Origin: Methylibium sp.
GTDB lineage: Bacteria > Pseudomonadota > Gammaproteobacteria > Burkholderiales > Burkholderiaceae_C
Direction: 5' to 3'
Assembly (NCBI GenBank): GCA_031415135.1
Contig: JANORB010000038.1
Coordinates: 22,139 to 86,138, forward strand
Length of the DNA: 64,000 nt
Made by a program: the position numbers and the translations under genes. How positions within the stretch are numbered: position 1 is the stretch's first letter; each line of letters starts with the position of its first letter. Below the pieces are notes generated by a model that ran no database searches, had not been told where the DNA came from, and saw only the letters and a program-made list of their open reading frames with translations. Of the stretch, positions 55,070 through 64,000 are shown in pieces.

Positions 55070-58000
55070 ATGGCCACCCGTGCTCCAGCGCACGACCCGC
55101 AGGTCGAGAAGCTGCGCCTCATCGCCAACACCGCCCAACTCGTGCAGTACCTGCATGCGGAGCTGGACTGGCCGGTCGAGGTGGAAGATGTGGACGACGC
55201 CTTCTTCGACTGGGACCCGGCCGAACTTCATTTGTCCGAAGACTACGTCGGCGTCATCAGCAGCATCAAGCAACTGCGCCCGCTCGCCGATGGGCAACCG
55301 TGGGGCATCTTCTTCGTCGAGTTCGACCGCAAGCGCCTGCCCATCGTCGCGTTGCGCCGCCTGCTCAACAGCTTGGCCATCAAGCGCCGCGCCAGCGCGA
55401 AGAGGGGAGGGGGCTACCAAACCTGGCATGCACGCGACCTGCTCTTCGTCTCCAGCTTCGGCGAGGCGGGCCACCGCGAGATTGCGCTGGCCCACTTCAC
55501 CGATGAGTCCGAGCATGGCGATCTACCCGTGCTGCGCGTCCTGGGTTGGCACGAAGACAATAAAGAGTTGCAACTTGCTGCCGTTGTCGCCACGCTTCGC
55601 AGCAAGCTGCGCTGGCCGGCGCTGACAGAAGGCGCCGCCGCACAGAAAACCTGGCGCGAGCAATGGGCCGGCGCCTTCACGCTGCAATACCGCCAGGCCA
55701 TCAACGACGCCAGGTCGCTGGCGCTGGCGCTGGCGGTGCTCGCCAAGCGCATCCGCGTGCGCGCCAACGATGTGCTCAAGGCCGAAAGCGAGCGCGGCCA
55801 CCTGCGCAAGTTGCATCAGGCCTTCAGGGCCAACCTGATCGCCGACCTCACGCCCGATGGGTTTGCCGACATGTTTGCGCAGACCATCGCCTACGGCCTG
55901 TTCACCGCCCAGGTGTCACGCGGCTCCGGCGCGCTGGTGGCCGACAACGTCGTCGACATGGTGCCCAGCACCAACCCCCTTTTTGCGCGATCTGTTGAAT
56001 GACTTTCTCAGCGCTGCGGGCCGGGCACGCCAGCGCGACAAGCGGGTGGACTTTGACGAGCTCGGCATCAATGACGTGGTCGAGACGCTGCGCGACGCGC
56101 CGATGGACGACATCCTGCGCAGCTTCAACAGCGACCGGCCGGGCGAAGACCCGGTGATCCATTTCTACGAAGACTTCCTGAAGGCCTACGACAAGAAGAT
56201 GCGCGCCCAGCGCGGCGTGTTCTACACCCCGCGCCCTGTGGTGCAGTTCATCGTGCGCAGCGTGCACGAGATTCTGCAAACCGAGTTCGGCATCGAAGAC
56301 GGCTTGGCCAGCACCATCACCTGGGGCGAGATGCGAAAGCGCCGGCCGGACCTTGCGTTGCCGGCGCACACCACCGACGACACGCCCTTCGTTCAGGTGC
56401 TCGACCCTGCCACCGGCACCGGCACGTTTCTGGTCGAGATCATCGACTTGATCTACGAGCACATGCGTGCCAAGTGGGCGAAGCGGGGGTGGGTGACGCG
56501 CGAGCAGATCAAGGCGCCGTGGAATGACTATGTGCGACATCACTTGTTGCCGCGACTGCATGGCTTCGAGTTGATGATGGCGCCGTACGCCATCGCGCAC
56601 ATGAAGATCGGCTTGAAGCTGGCGGAGACCGGCTATGCGTTTCCCGAAGATGGGCCGCGTGTAAACGTATTCTTGACCAACGCGCTGGAGCCCGCACACG
56701 CCATAAATCCGGGGTTGCAGTTTGAGGCTCCCATGCTGGCGCATGAGGCGGCTGAGGCAAATCGAGCAAAGGTCCGACTGGCGGCAACCGTGGTGGTCGG
56801 CAATCCGCCATATTCGGGCGACTCGGCGAACCAAGGCGATTGGATTGCTAAATTGATGCGCACGCGGTTGCCTGACGGGGCGGACAGCTATTTCAGATTT
56901 AACGAAGCCGATCTTGGCGAGCGGAACCCCAAGTGGGTGAACAACGACTACGTCAAGTTCATGCGTTTGGCGCAGTCAAGGCTGGCCGCACTGGGTACCG
57001 GCGTGCTGGGCTACATCACCAGCAACTCATACCTGGCAAGCCCGACGTTCCGCGGCGTGCGCCAGAGCTTGCTGCACACCTATCCCCAACTGCGCCTCCT
57101 GGATTTGCACGGCAACGCGAACAAGGGGGAAATTGCGGGCGGTGACGAGAACGTGTTTGAAATAAGGGAGGGAGTCGCCATCGCTATCGGCAGCCTCAAT
57201 TCAGTCATCGCGCGTCACGTTGGGCACGCCGATCTGACTGGGCCTCGGCAAGCAAAGTACAACAGCTTGTTGGCTGATGGACTCAGCCTGTTACGTCCCT
57301 TTGTGCCTATGGGCGACAAGCTTCAACTGACACGCAGCGATGTCGTCGGGCTGGCGGAGTACGAGGCAGGGTGGCCGCTACCCACCATTTCACCGGTGAA
57401 CTCGGTGGGCATCGTTACAGCACGGGATGCTCTATGCATTCACTTCACCGAGCAGCAGGCTTGGAACACCGTGCGCGACTTCGCAAGTCGCAGTGTTGAA
57501 GATGCGCGGGAGGCATATTCGCTTGGCGACGATGCGCAAGACTGGCGAATTGAGTGGGCTCAAAAGGATGTGAATGCGACCGGGCCAAGTAGGAAGTTGG
57601 TGCGGTCAATTCTCTATCGCCCTTTTGATGTGCGCCAGACGTACTACACGGGCAAGGCAAGTGGTTTCATGGTCCGGCCGCGGCCGGAGGTCATGCGCCA
57701 CATGCACGGAGGCGAGAACCATGCTCTTTCCTTGGTCCGCAGCACGGAAATCGTCGGTGGGTATGAACATGTGTTTGTCGCAAACCTGCTCACGACTCAT
57801 CACACGGTTTCGATCAAGGAAGTCAACTACCACTTTCCGCTTTGGCAGTATGAGGGGGAAGTTCGCACCCCAAACTTTTCGCCAAGCTTTTCCAAGGCCA
57901 TGCGATCTGCCCTTGCCTTCGCCGCGACCGACTACCGCCCTGAAGACGACACTGCCCCTCTGAACGCAGACAAGGTCTTTCACTATCTCTACGCTGTGCT

Positions 58001-58682
58001 GCACAGCCCGGCCTACCGGCAACGCTATGCCGCTTTCTTGCGCACCGACTTCCCGCGCATCCCGATTCCGGCCTCGCGCTCCGTGTTCGACGCACTGGCC
58101 ACATTGGGCGCGCAGCTCGTGAAGTGGCACTTGCTGGAACACCCGACTGCCATTTCGATCACCGCCACCTCCGCCCCAGCGGGCGTGACCGTGCCGGCCT
58201 TCACCGACACAGACCGCAAGCTGCTGAAAGTGGCCGAGAAGAGCCGTGGGCTGGCCAACATCGAGATGACCGCCGAAGGCCCGTTCGGCACCGTTTTCAT
58301 CAACCCCACCAGCGGCTTCACCAGCGTGCAGCAAGCCGTATGGCAACACACGATCGGCGGCTACCAAGTGCTGCACAAGTGGCTTGACGATCGTCGCAAA
58401 GCCCAGCGCAGCCTGAGCGACGACGACATCGCGCACTGGCGGCGCGTGTACGCCGCACTCGAAGCCACGCAGGGCCTGATGCGACAAATCGACAAAGCCA
58501 TCACGGCGCATGGCGGCTGGCCGACGAGCGATGGCAAGGCTGGCGCGTTTTCCTTCGATCACCCTCCTCCTGATGTCGTCACGCTCGCCGCCAACGCCGC
58601 TGCCCGACCCAAGGCACGACGCAAAGCGGTACCCGTGACCCAAACCGGGTTCGGCTTCGATGGTGGCCCCGACGGAGCCTGA
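55070..58682 (+). pseudogene. Type ISP/IIG-like N6-adenine DNA methyltransferase with C-terminal specificity domain, split by a 1-nt frameshift
   Basis: ORF 55070..56002 and ORF 55857..58682 join as ...MVPSTNP|FLRDLLNDF... if one C of the C5 run (55975-55979) is removed. Motif I VLDPATGTGTFLVE, motif IV VVGNPPYSG, and a Type ISP C-terminal-like block FHYLYAVLHSPAYRQRYAAFLRTDFPRIPIP...GGYQVLHKWLDDRR. Confidence 0.85.
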
Positions 58683-59574
58683 TCCGCCCACCGCCGACGC
58701 GCCGGGCCCGGCTCAAGTTGACTACTTCGTCGACGAAGCGGGCGACACGGCGCTGTTCCGCCACGGCGGCAAGCCGGCGCTGGGCCGAGACGGTGTGTCG
58801 AACTTCTTCATCCTCGGCCGGCTGGAGATCGACGACGCGGCAGCGCTGGCATCGGATATCGCGGCCCTGCGCCAGCGCCTGCTGGCCGACCCACTGCTGA
58901 GGGCGGTGCCGTCGATGCAGCCTGATCGTGGCAAGACGGCGCGCTTCTTTCATGCCAAGGACGACGTGCCCGAGGTGCGGGTGGAGGTCTTCCGGCTGCT
59001 GCTCGCCCACGAGTTGCGCTTCTCGGCCATCGTGAAGGACAAGCGTGTGCTGTTGCGCGAGGCGCAGGCGGCGCTGGCTGCGGACCCGCGTGCGAAGTAC
59101 AAGCCCGACGGGCATGCGCTTTACGACGCGATGATGCGCAAGCTCTTTGCGCGGCTCGGCCGCCACGGTGTGCATTCGCGCATCACGTTCGCGGTGCGCG
59201 GCAGCAAGCCCCGCACCGCGGCGCTGAAGCATGCGGTGCTGGAAGTGGAGCAGCACTTCGAGCGCGATTTCGGTTTTGCCCGCAACGTGAGCATCGACGT
59301 CGCCAGTGGCTACCCCTGGGACGCCGCCGGGCTGCAGGCCTGCGACTATTTTCTGTGGGCGCTGCAGCGCTTCTACGAGCGCCGCGAGGAGCGATTTCTC
59401 GAGGCCATGCGGCCGAAGTTCGTCGAGGTGATCGACATCGACCTCGACGCACCCAAGCGACGCGGCAAACAGCGCGAGCGTAGCGTGACCTTCACAAAAG
59501 AAAACCCGCTAGGTCTGGCGACGCGAGCGGGTTTGGCAGCGGCTTCAAAATTAGGGCTGGGCGATATAGGATGA
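58660..59574 (+). CDS. DUF3800-family protein
   Basis: ATG at 58660 overlaps the methyltransferase end by 23 nt. N-terminal YFVDEAGD and C-terminal LQACDYFLWALQR match the DUF3800 pattern as I recall it. Confidence 0.7.
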   Translation: MVAPTEPDPPTADAPGPAQVDYFVDEAGDTALFRHGGKPALGRDGVSNFFILGRLEIDDAAALASDIAALRQRLLADPLLRAVPSMQPDRGKTARFFHAKDDVPEVRVEVFRLLLAHELRFSAIVKDKRVLLREAQAALAADPRAKYKPDGHALYDAMMRKLFARLGRHGVHSRITFAVRGSKPRTAALKHAVLEVEQHFERDFGFARNVSIDVASGYPWDAAGLQACDYFLWALQRFYERREERFLEAMRPKFVEVIDIDLDAPKRRGKQRERSVTFTKENPLGLATRAGLAAASKLGLGDIG

Positions 59575-59677
59575 GCGAGTCACCTCACGGCATGGAGCCG
59601 ATTTTCGTCTCCCAGCGACTTGTATTGTAGTCACCGAGCGCGCTCTGCGCTCACTTCGAGCCGATATACTGATCGTC

Positions 59678-59726
59678 AGCGCTGATTTGTTCCGGCTTGC
59701 GGGCGCTCAATAAATTCCGCTAAAGA
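59678..59726 (+). ncRNA. candidate SAM-II-type riboswitch aptamer in the metX leader
   Basis: AGCGC-UGAUUUGUUCCGGCUUGCGG-GCGCU hairpin. The loop segments CUU and GCGG can pair with the downstream CCGC-UA-AAG, giving an H-type pseudoknot with a U-rich strand. Confidence 0.45.
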
Positions 59727-59736
59727 CAGGACGCTG

Positions 59737-59771
59737 AACCCGGTGTCCCGCTGATGCGGCGCCGGGTTTTT
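59737..59771 (+). terminator. intrinsic terminator/attenuator immediately upstream of metX
   Basis: AACCCGGUG...CGCCGGGUU stem of 9 bp including one G-U pair, an inner CCGC/GCGG helix, then UUUUU. It ends 10 nt before the metX ATG. Confidence 0.6.
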
Positions 59772-59781
59772 GTTGGCACAC

Positions 59782-60933
59782 ATGAGTTCCGTCGGTCCCG
59801 TTGAGTCTCAATCAATGCATTTTGCCGAGCCGCTGGCCTTGCGCAGCGGTGCGCATTTGCGCGACTACACACTCGCCTATGAAACCTGCGGCCGCCTGAA
59901 CGCCGACAAGAGCAACGCGGTGCTGGTGTGCCACGCACTCAACGCCAGCCACCATGTGGCCGGCACCCGTGCCGGCCCGGATGGGGCCGCGGTCAAGGGC
60001 AGCGAGGGTTGGTGGGACAACCTCATCGGCCCGGGCAAGCCGCTCGACACGAACCACTTCTTCGTCGTCGGCGTCAACAACCCCGGCTCGTGTTTCGGCT
60101 CGACCGGACCGATGCATCCCAACCCCGCCACCGGCGCGATCTACGGCGCGGACTTCCCCGTCGTGACGGTCGAAGACTGGGTCGACGCGCAGGCTCGGCT
60201 GATGGACCGCCTGGGCATCACCACGCTGGCCGCGGTGATCGGCGGCAGCCTCGGCGGCATGCAGGCGCTGAGCTGGGCGCTGCGGCATCCGACCCGGCTG
60301 CGCCAGTGCATCGCGGTGGCCACCGCGCCCAACCTGTCGGCGCAGAACATCGCCTTCAACGAAGTGGCGCGCCGCGCCATCGCCACCGACCCCGATTTTC
60401 ACGGTGGCCATTTCTACGCGCACAACACCTTGCCGCGCCGCGGCCTGCGCGTGGCCCGCATGATCGGCCACATCACCTACCTGAGCGACGACGCGATGGA
60501 CGCCAGGTTCGGCCGCGAGCTGAAAGACGGCGCGCTGAACTACAGCACGCTGGCGGTCGAGTTCGAGATCGAAAGCTACCTGCGCTACCAGGGTGACAAG
60601 TTCAGCGAATACTTCGACGCCAACACCTATTTGCTGATCACCCGCGCGCTCGACTACTTCGACCCGGCGGCCGAGCATGGCGGCGACCTGACGGCCGCAT
60701 TCGCGGCGGCGCGCTGCAGGTTCCAGCTCATCAGCTTCACCACCGACTGGCGCTTTTCACCGGCGCGCTCGCGCGAGATCGTCAAGGCGCTGGTCGACAA
60801 CAAATTGCAGGTGAGCTACGCCGAGATCGAAGCCCCGCATGGGCACGATGCGTTCTTGCTCGACGATGCGCGTTACCACGGGGTGCTGCGGGCCTGCTTT
60901 GACAACCTCGCCGCGGAGCTGAGGCATGTCTGA
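59782..60933 (+). CDS. metX: homoserine O-acyltransferase MetX
   Basis: [12 protein letters not shown]...[17 protein letters not shown]...[10 protein letters not shown]...[10 protein letters not shown]. Confidence 0.95.
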   Translation: MSSVGPVESQSMHFAEPLALRSGAHLRDYTLAYETCGRLNADKSNAVLVCHALNASHHVAGTRAGPDGAAVKGSEGWWDNLIGPGKPLDTNHFFVVGVNNPGSCFGSTGPMHPNPATGAIYGADFPVVTVEDWVDAQARLMDRLGITTLAAVIGGSLGGMQALSWALRHPTRLRQCIAVATAPNLSAQNIAFNEVARRAIATDPDFHGGHFYAHNTLPRRGLRVARMIGHITYLSDDAMDARFGRELKDGALNYSTLAVEFEIESYLRYQGDKFSEYFDANTYLLITRALDYFDPAAEHGGDLTAAFAAARCRFQLISFTTDWRFSPARSREIVKALVDNKLQVSYAEIEAPHGHDAFLLDDARYHGVLRACFDNLAAELRHV

Positions 60934-61510
60934 TCGCAAGGACATGGAGCTGATCGCCGAACTGGTGCCGCCGGGCTCGCGCGTGCTCGACCTCGGCTGC
61001 GGCAATGGCGAGTTGCTGGCGCATCTGCGGCAGCGGCGCCAGTGCACCGGCTACGGCATCGAGATCGCCGACGCCAACGTGCTGGCCTGTGCGCAGCGGG
61101 GTGTCGACGTGATCCAGCTCAACCTCGAAGAAGGGCTGGCGCTGTTCGAGGACCAGAGCTTCGACGTGGTGCTGCAGCTCGACACGCTGCAACACCTGCG
61201 CAACACCGAGAAGATGCTGTTCGAGACGGCGCGTGTCGGGCGCGTGGGCATCGTCAGCTTTCCGAACTTCGCGCATTGGCCGAACCGGCTGAGCGTGTTC
61301 ACCGGCCGCATGCCGGTCACCAGGGTGCTGCCGTACCAGTGGTATGACACGCCCAACATTCGCGTCGGCACCTATGCCGACTTCGAGGTGCTGGCGCGCC
61401 GCGATGGCCTGCGGATCCTCGATTCGTTCGGCATCCAGAACGGTGCCGCAGTGCGCCGCTGGCCGAACCTGCGCGCCAGCGTTGCGGTGTTCAAGTTCCA
61501 GCGAAGCTGA
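60926..61510 (+). CDS. metW: methionine biosynthesis protein MetW
   Basis: Overlaps the metX end. [12 protein letters not shown] methyltransferase-like fold, SFPNFAHW and [10 protein letters not shown]. Confidence 0.93.
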   Translation: MSDRKDMELIAELVPPGSRVLDLGCGNGELLAHLRQRRQCTGYGIEIADANVLACAQRGVDVIQLNLEEGLALFEDQSFDVVLQLDTLQHLRNTEKMLFETARVGRVGIVSFPNFAHWPNRLSVFTGRMPVTRVLPYQWYDTPNIRVGTYADFEVLARRDGLRILDSFGIQNGAAVRRWPNLRASVAVFKFQRS

Positions 61511-61538
61511 AGCGCGGCGCGCGTTGGGATCGGGCATC

Positions 61539-61658
61539 ATGCGGGTTCTGGTTGTGGAGTTCATCATCAAGCCCGAGCACGTCAGCGCCTTTCACGCGGC
61601 CATCGTCAGCAACGCCCAGGCGCCAGTCACGCACGAGCGCGGCGCCCTGATGTCATGA
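61539..61658 (+). pseudogene. truncated ABM (antibiotic-biosynthesis-monooxygenase-like) remnant
   Basis: MRVLVVEFIIKPEHVSAFHAAIVSNAQA... resembles the first beta-alpha-beta of ABM proteins but stops after 39 aa, 55 nt before otnK. Confidence 0.35.
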
Positions 61659-61713
61659 GACGCCGGGCCGTTCCCGAGGCGAATGCCGACGTGCACAGCA
61701 CGGGGCTTGGCGG

Positions 61714-62985
61714 ATGAGCGCCTTGCTGCTCGGCTGCATCGCCGACGACTTCACCGGCGCCACCGACCTGGCCAACAACCTGGTGCGCGCCGGCATGCGC
61801 GTGGTGCAGACCATCGGCGTGCCAGGTGCGGCGCTGGCTGTCGAGGCCGATGCGGTGGTCGTCGCGCTCAAGTCGCGCACCATCGGCGCGGCCGACGCGG
61901 TGGCGCAGTCGCTGGCGGCGCTGCGCTGGCTGCAGGGGCAGGGCGCGCAACAGTGCTACTTCAAGGTCTGCTCCACCTTCGACTCCACGCCGCAGGGCAA
62001 CATCGGCCCGGTGACCGACGCGCTGATGGACGCGCTGGGCTGCGAGTTGACGTTGGTGACGCCCGCCTTCCCCGACAACCAGCGCACGGTGTTCAAAGGC
62101 CACCTGTTCGTCGGCGACGTGCTGCTCAGCGACAGCGGCATGCGCGAGCACCCGCTGACACCAATGCTCGACGCCAACCTGGTGCGCGTGCTGCAGGCGC
62201 AGACGCAGCGCAAGGTGGGGCTGGTCGACCAGGCGGTGGTGGCCCTGGGGGCAGCCGCCATCCGTGAGCGCTGCGCGCAACTGCGGCGCGACGGGTTCGG
62301 CATGGCCATCGTCGACGCGATCTGCAATGCCGACCTGATGCGGCTCGGCCTGGCGCTGAAGGGCCAGGCGCTGGTGACGGCCGGCTCGGGCGTGGCCATC
62401 GGCATCCCGCAGAACTGGGGCCTGCACCCGGCACCCGAGGCTGCGGCACTGCCGCCCGCGGCCGGCACACGGGCGGTCGTCTCCGGCAGTTGCTCGGTGG
62501 CCACCAACGCGCAAGTGGCGAACGCGCTGGCCGGTGGTGTGCTCGATTTCGTGGTCGACCCGTTGGCGCTGGCGGCTGGCGCCGACGTGGTGGCGCAGGC
62601 CCTGGCGTGGGCGCAAAGCCGGCTCGGCCGCGGTGCGCTGCTGGTGCGCGCGACCGCGCAGCCGGCCGAATTGCAGGCCGTGCAAGCGCGGCTGGGGGCG
62701 GCGCATGCCGGCGAACTGGTCGAGCGCACGCTCGGCGCCATCGCCTGCGGCCTGGTGCGCATGGGCGTGCGGCAACTCGTGGTGGCGGGCGGCGAGACCT
62801 CGGGCGCGGTGGTCCAGGCGCTCGGCATCCAGCAGTTCCAGATCGGCCCGCAGATCGACCCCGGCGTGCCGTGGTGCGCGGCAGTGTCACCCGAGGCGGG
62901 CGGCGAGACGTTGCACATCGCACTCAAGTCGGGCAACTTCGGCACGCCCGACTTTTTCACCAAGGCCTTCACCGTGCTGGCATGA
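61714..62985 (+). CDS. otnK: four-carbon acid-sugar kinase (DUF1537; 3-oxo-tetronate kinase-like)
   Basis: LGCIADDFTGATDLANNL, YFKVCSTFDS and VVAGGETSGAVVQALG. Confidence 0.8.
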   Translation: MSALLLGCIADDFTGATDLANNLVRAGMRVVQTIGVPGAALAVEADAVVVALKSRTIGAADAVAQSLAALRWLQGQGAQQCYFKVCSTFDSTPQGNIGPVTDALMDALGCELTLVTPAFPDNQRTVFKGHLFVGDVLLSDSGMREHPLTPMLDANLVRVLQAQTQRKVGLVDQAVVALGAAAIRERCAQLRRDGFGMAIVDAICNADLMRLGLALKGQALVTAGSGVAIGIPQNWGLHPAPEAAALPPAAGTRAVVSGSCSVATNAQVANALAGGVLDFVVDPLALAAGADVVAQALAWAQSRLGRGALLVRATAQPAELQAVQARLGAAHAGELVERTLGAIACGLVRMGVRQLVVAGGETSGAVVQALGIQQFQIGPQIDPGVPWCAAVSPEAGGETLHIALKSGNFGTPDFFTKAFTVLA

Positions 62986-63638
62986 ACGAGCGCGAGCTTC
63001 GCGACGAAATCTGCCGCGTCGGGCGCTCGCTGTTCGAGCGCGGCCACGTGCACGCGACCGCCGGCAACATCAGCGTGCGGCTCGACGACGGTTTTCTGAT
63101 CACCCCGACCGATGCCTGCCTGGGCACTCTGGCGCCCGACCGCCTGGCGCGCCTGGATGCACAAGGCGTGCAGACCGCAGGCGACCGCGCGAGCAAGACG
63201 CTGGCGCTGCACCGGCGCATCTACGGCGCCGCGCCCGACGCGCGCTGCGTGATCCACACCCACAGCACCCACCTCGTGGCGCTGAGCTTGCAAGGCGTGT
63301 GGAGCAACGACGACATCGTGCCGCCGATCACGCCCTACTTTGTCATGAAGGTCGGCCACGTGCCCTTGATGGCGTACCACCGCCCCGGCGATCCGCGGGC
63401 GGCCGATCTGGTGGCGCAGCGCATCCAGGCGATGGCCGCACGCGGCACGCCGATCCGCGCGGTGATGCTCGACCGACTCGGCCCCACCGTGTGGCATGCC
63501 ACACCGGGCGAAGCCAGCGCGGTGCTCGAAGAACTGGAAGAAACCGCGCGCCTGTGGTTGATGTCGCAACCGCGCCCGGCGCCACTCAGCGCGGCGCAGA
63601 TCGACGAGTTGCGCACGGCCTTCGGCGTGCTCTGGTAG
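62982..63638 (+). CDS. otnC: class II aldolase-family 3-oxo-tetronate 4-phosphate decarboxylase-like
   Basis: ATGA overlap with otnK. ATAGNISVRL...LITPTDACLG...VIHTHSTHLVALS. Confidence 0.75.
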   Translation: MNERELRDEICRVGRSLFERGHVHATAGNISVRLDDGFLITPTDACLGTLAPDRLARLDAQGVQTAGDRASKTLALHRRIYGAAPDARCVIHTHSTHLVALSLQGVWSNDDIVPPITPYFVMKVGHVPLMAYHRPGDPRAADLVAQRIQAMAARGTPIRAVMLDRLGPTVWHATPGEASAVLEELEETARLWLMSQPRPAPLSAAQIDELRTAFGVLW

Positions 63639-63733
63639 CGGGCCGGCGCCAACCGCGCCGGCGAACCCGCGGCCTGCAAGGCCAAACGATTCACCGTATC
63701 CTGCGGCCCCGAATCAACAATGAAGGAGTCTCC

Positions 63734-64000
63734 ATGTTTCGAGTTTCAAAGGCGCTGCGCCAGGCCGGCGCCGGCCTGGCAAGCGGGCTGGTCATGCTTG
63801 CCCCGGCCCACGCCGAGGCGCCGATGCTCAAGACCTCGGCCCCCGGCTACTACCGCATGATGCTGGGCGACTTCGAGGTGACCGCGTTGTCCGACGGCAC
63901 CGTGGCGCTGCCGGTCGACAAGCTCCTGACCAACACCACCCCCGGCAAGGTGAGCCAGGCGCTGGCCACGTCGTTCCTGAAGGCGCCGGTGGAGACATCG
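63734..64000 (+). CDS. secreted protein, N-terminal fragment (possibly MBL-fold hydrolase; runs off 3' edge)
   Basis: AAGGAG RBS and a signal peptide ending AHAEA. YYRMMLGDFEVTALSDG resembles the N-terminus of periplasmic MBL-fold proteins. Confidence 0.5.
   Translation, partial: MFRVSKALRQAGAGLASGLVMLAPAHAEAPMLKTSAPGYYRMMLGDFEVTALSDGTVALPVDKLLTNTTPGKVSQALATSFLKAPVETS

Noticed and set aside
55857-55976. Tracked start (MGLPTCLRRPS...) of the 941-aa methyltransferase ORF.
   Set aside because: These 40 codons are the out-of-frame shadow of the upstream ORF. Sensible sequence in this frame begins only at the C5T5 tract, so I treat the locus as one frameshifted gene, not as two overlapping genes.
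51897-59635. AGTCACC 7-mers near both ends of the 52-59.6 kb islet (51897, 59578, 59629), considered as possible att-like direct repeats.
   Set aside because: They are too short to distinguish from chance and there is no recombinase gene. I do not claim this as a mobile-element boundary.
63642-63662. Perfect 8-bp palindromic hairpin GCCGGCGC-caacc-GCGCCGGC after otnC, and a similar GAGCGC-gctct-GCGCTC at 59636-59652 after the DUF3800 gene.
   Set aside because: Neither has a U-tract, and GC-rich palindromes are frequent in this composition. They may be terminators, but the support is too weak to list them as features.

Overview
High-GC betaproteobacterial (Burkholderiales/Comamonadaceae-like) chromosomal window, called by eye from the ORF track and motifs with no database searches. 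Most of it is housekeeping: a two-component pair, mtnN, rsmE, rpoN-lptB-lptA, dsbA, a SPOR protein, argS, aceB, pyrF, purB and metX-metW. There is also a coherent reductive pyrimidine-catabolism and uptake locus: rutR-like repressor with a RutR-box, preT, preA, dihydropyrimidinase, carbamoyl-amidohydrolase, a BMP-type ABC importer and codA. Two stretches look visibly less GC-rich and read as defence islets with no integrase or transposase. (1) 19.4-24.7 kb holds a giant SF1 (Upf1/DNA2-like) helicase whose C-terminal DUF559/Vsr-like nuclease domain is cut off by one in-frame TAG. It sits next to a ParE/RelE-RHH toxin-antitoxin pair. (2) 51.9-59.6 kb holds a tightly packed three-gene operon inserted next to the metX leader: a PLD(HKD)-nuclease/SNF2-helicase fusion, a ~1200-aa Type ISP-like N6-adenine methyltransferase with specificity domain, and a DUF3800 protein. 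The methyltransferase is split by a 1-nt frameshift in a C5T5 run. This operon is my best candidate for an uncharacterised restriction-like system: a split Type ISP layout that shares parts with DISARM but lacks drmA/drmB. Smaller observations are a candidate SAM-II riboswitch plus terminator before metX, an orphan Phd/YefM antitoxin inside the pyrimidine locus, 12-nt and 5-nt tandem repeats at gene junctions, a Ser/Thr kinase fused to a cNMP-binding domain, and a DUF898-M48 coupled pair. I saw no rRNA, tRNA or CRISPR array. The many long antisense ORFs are high-GC artefacts.
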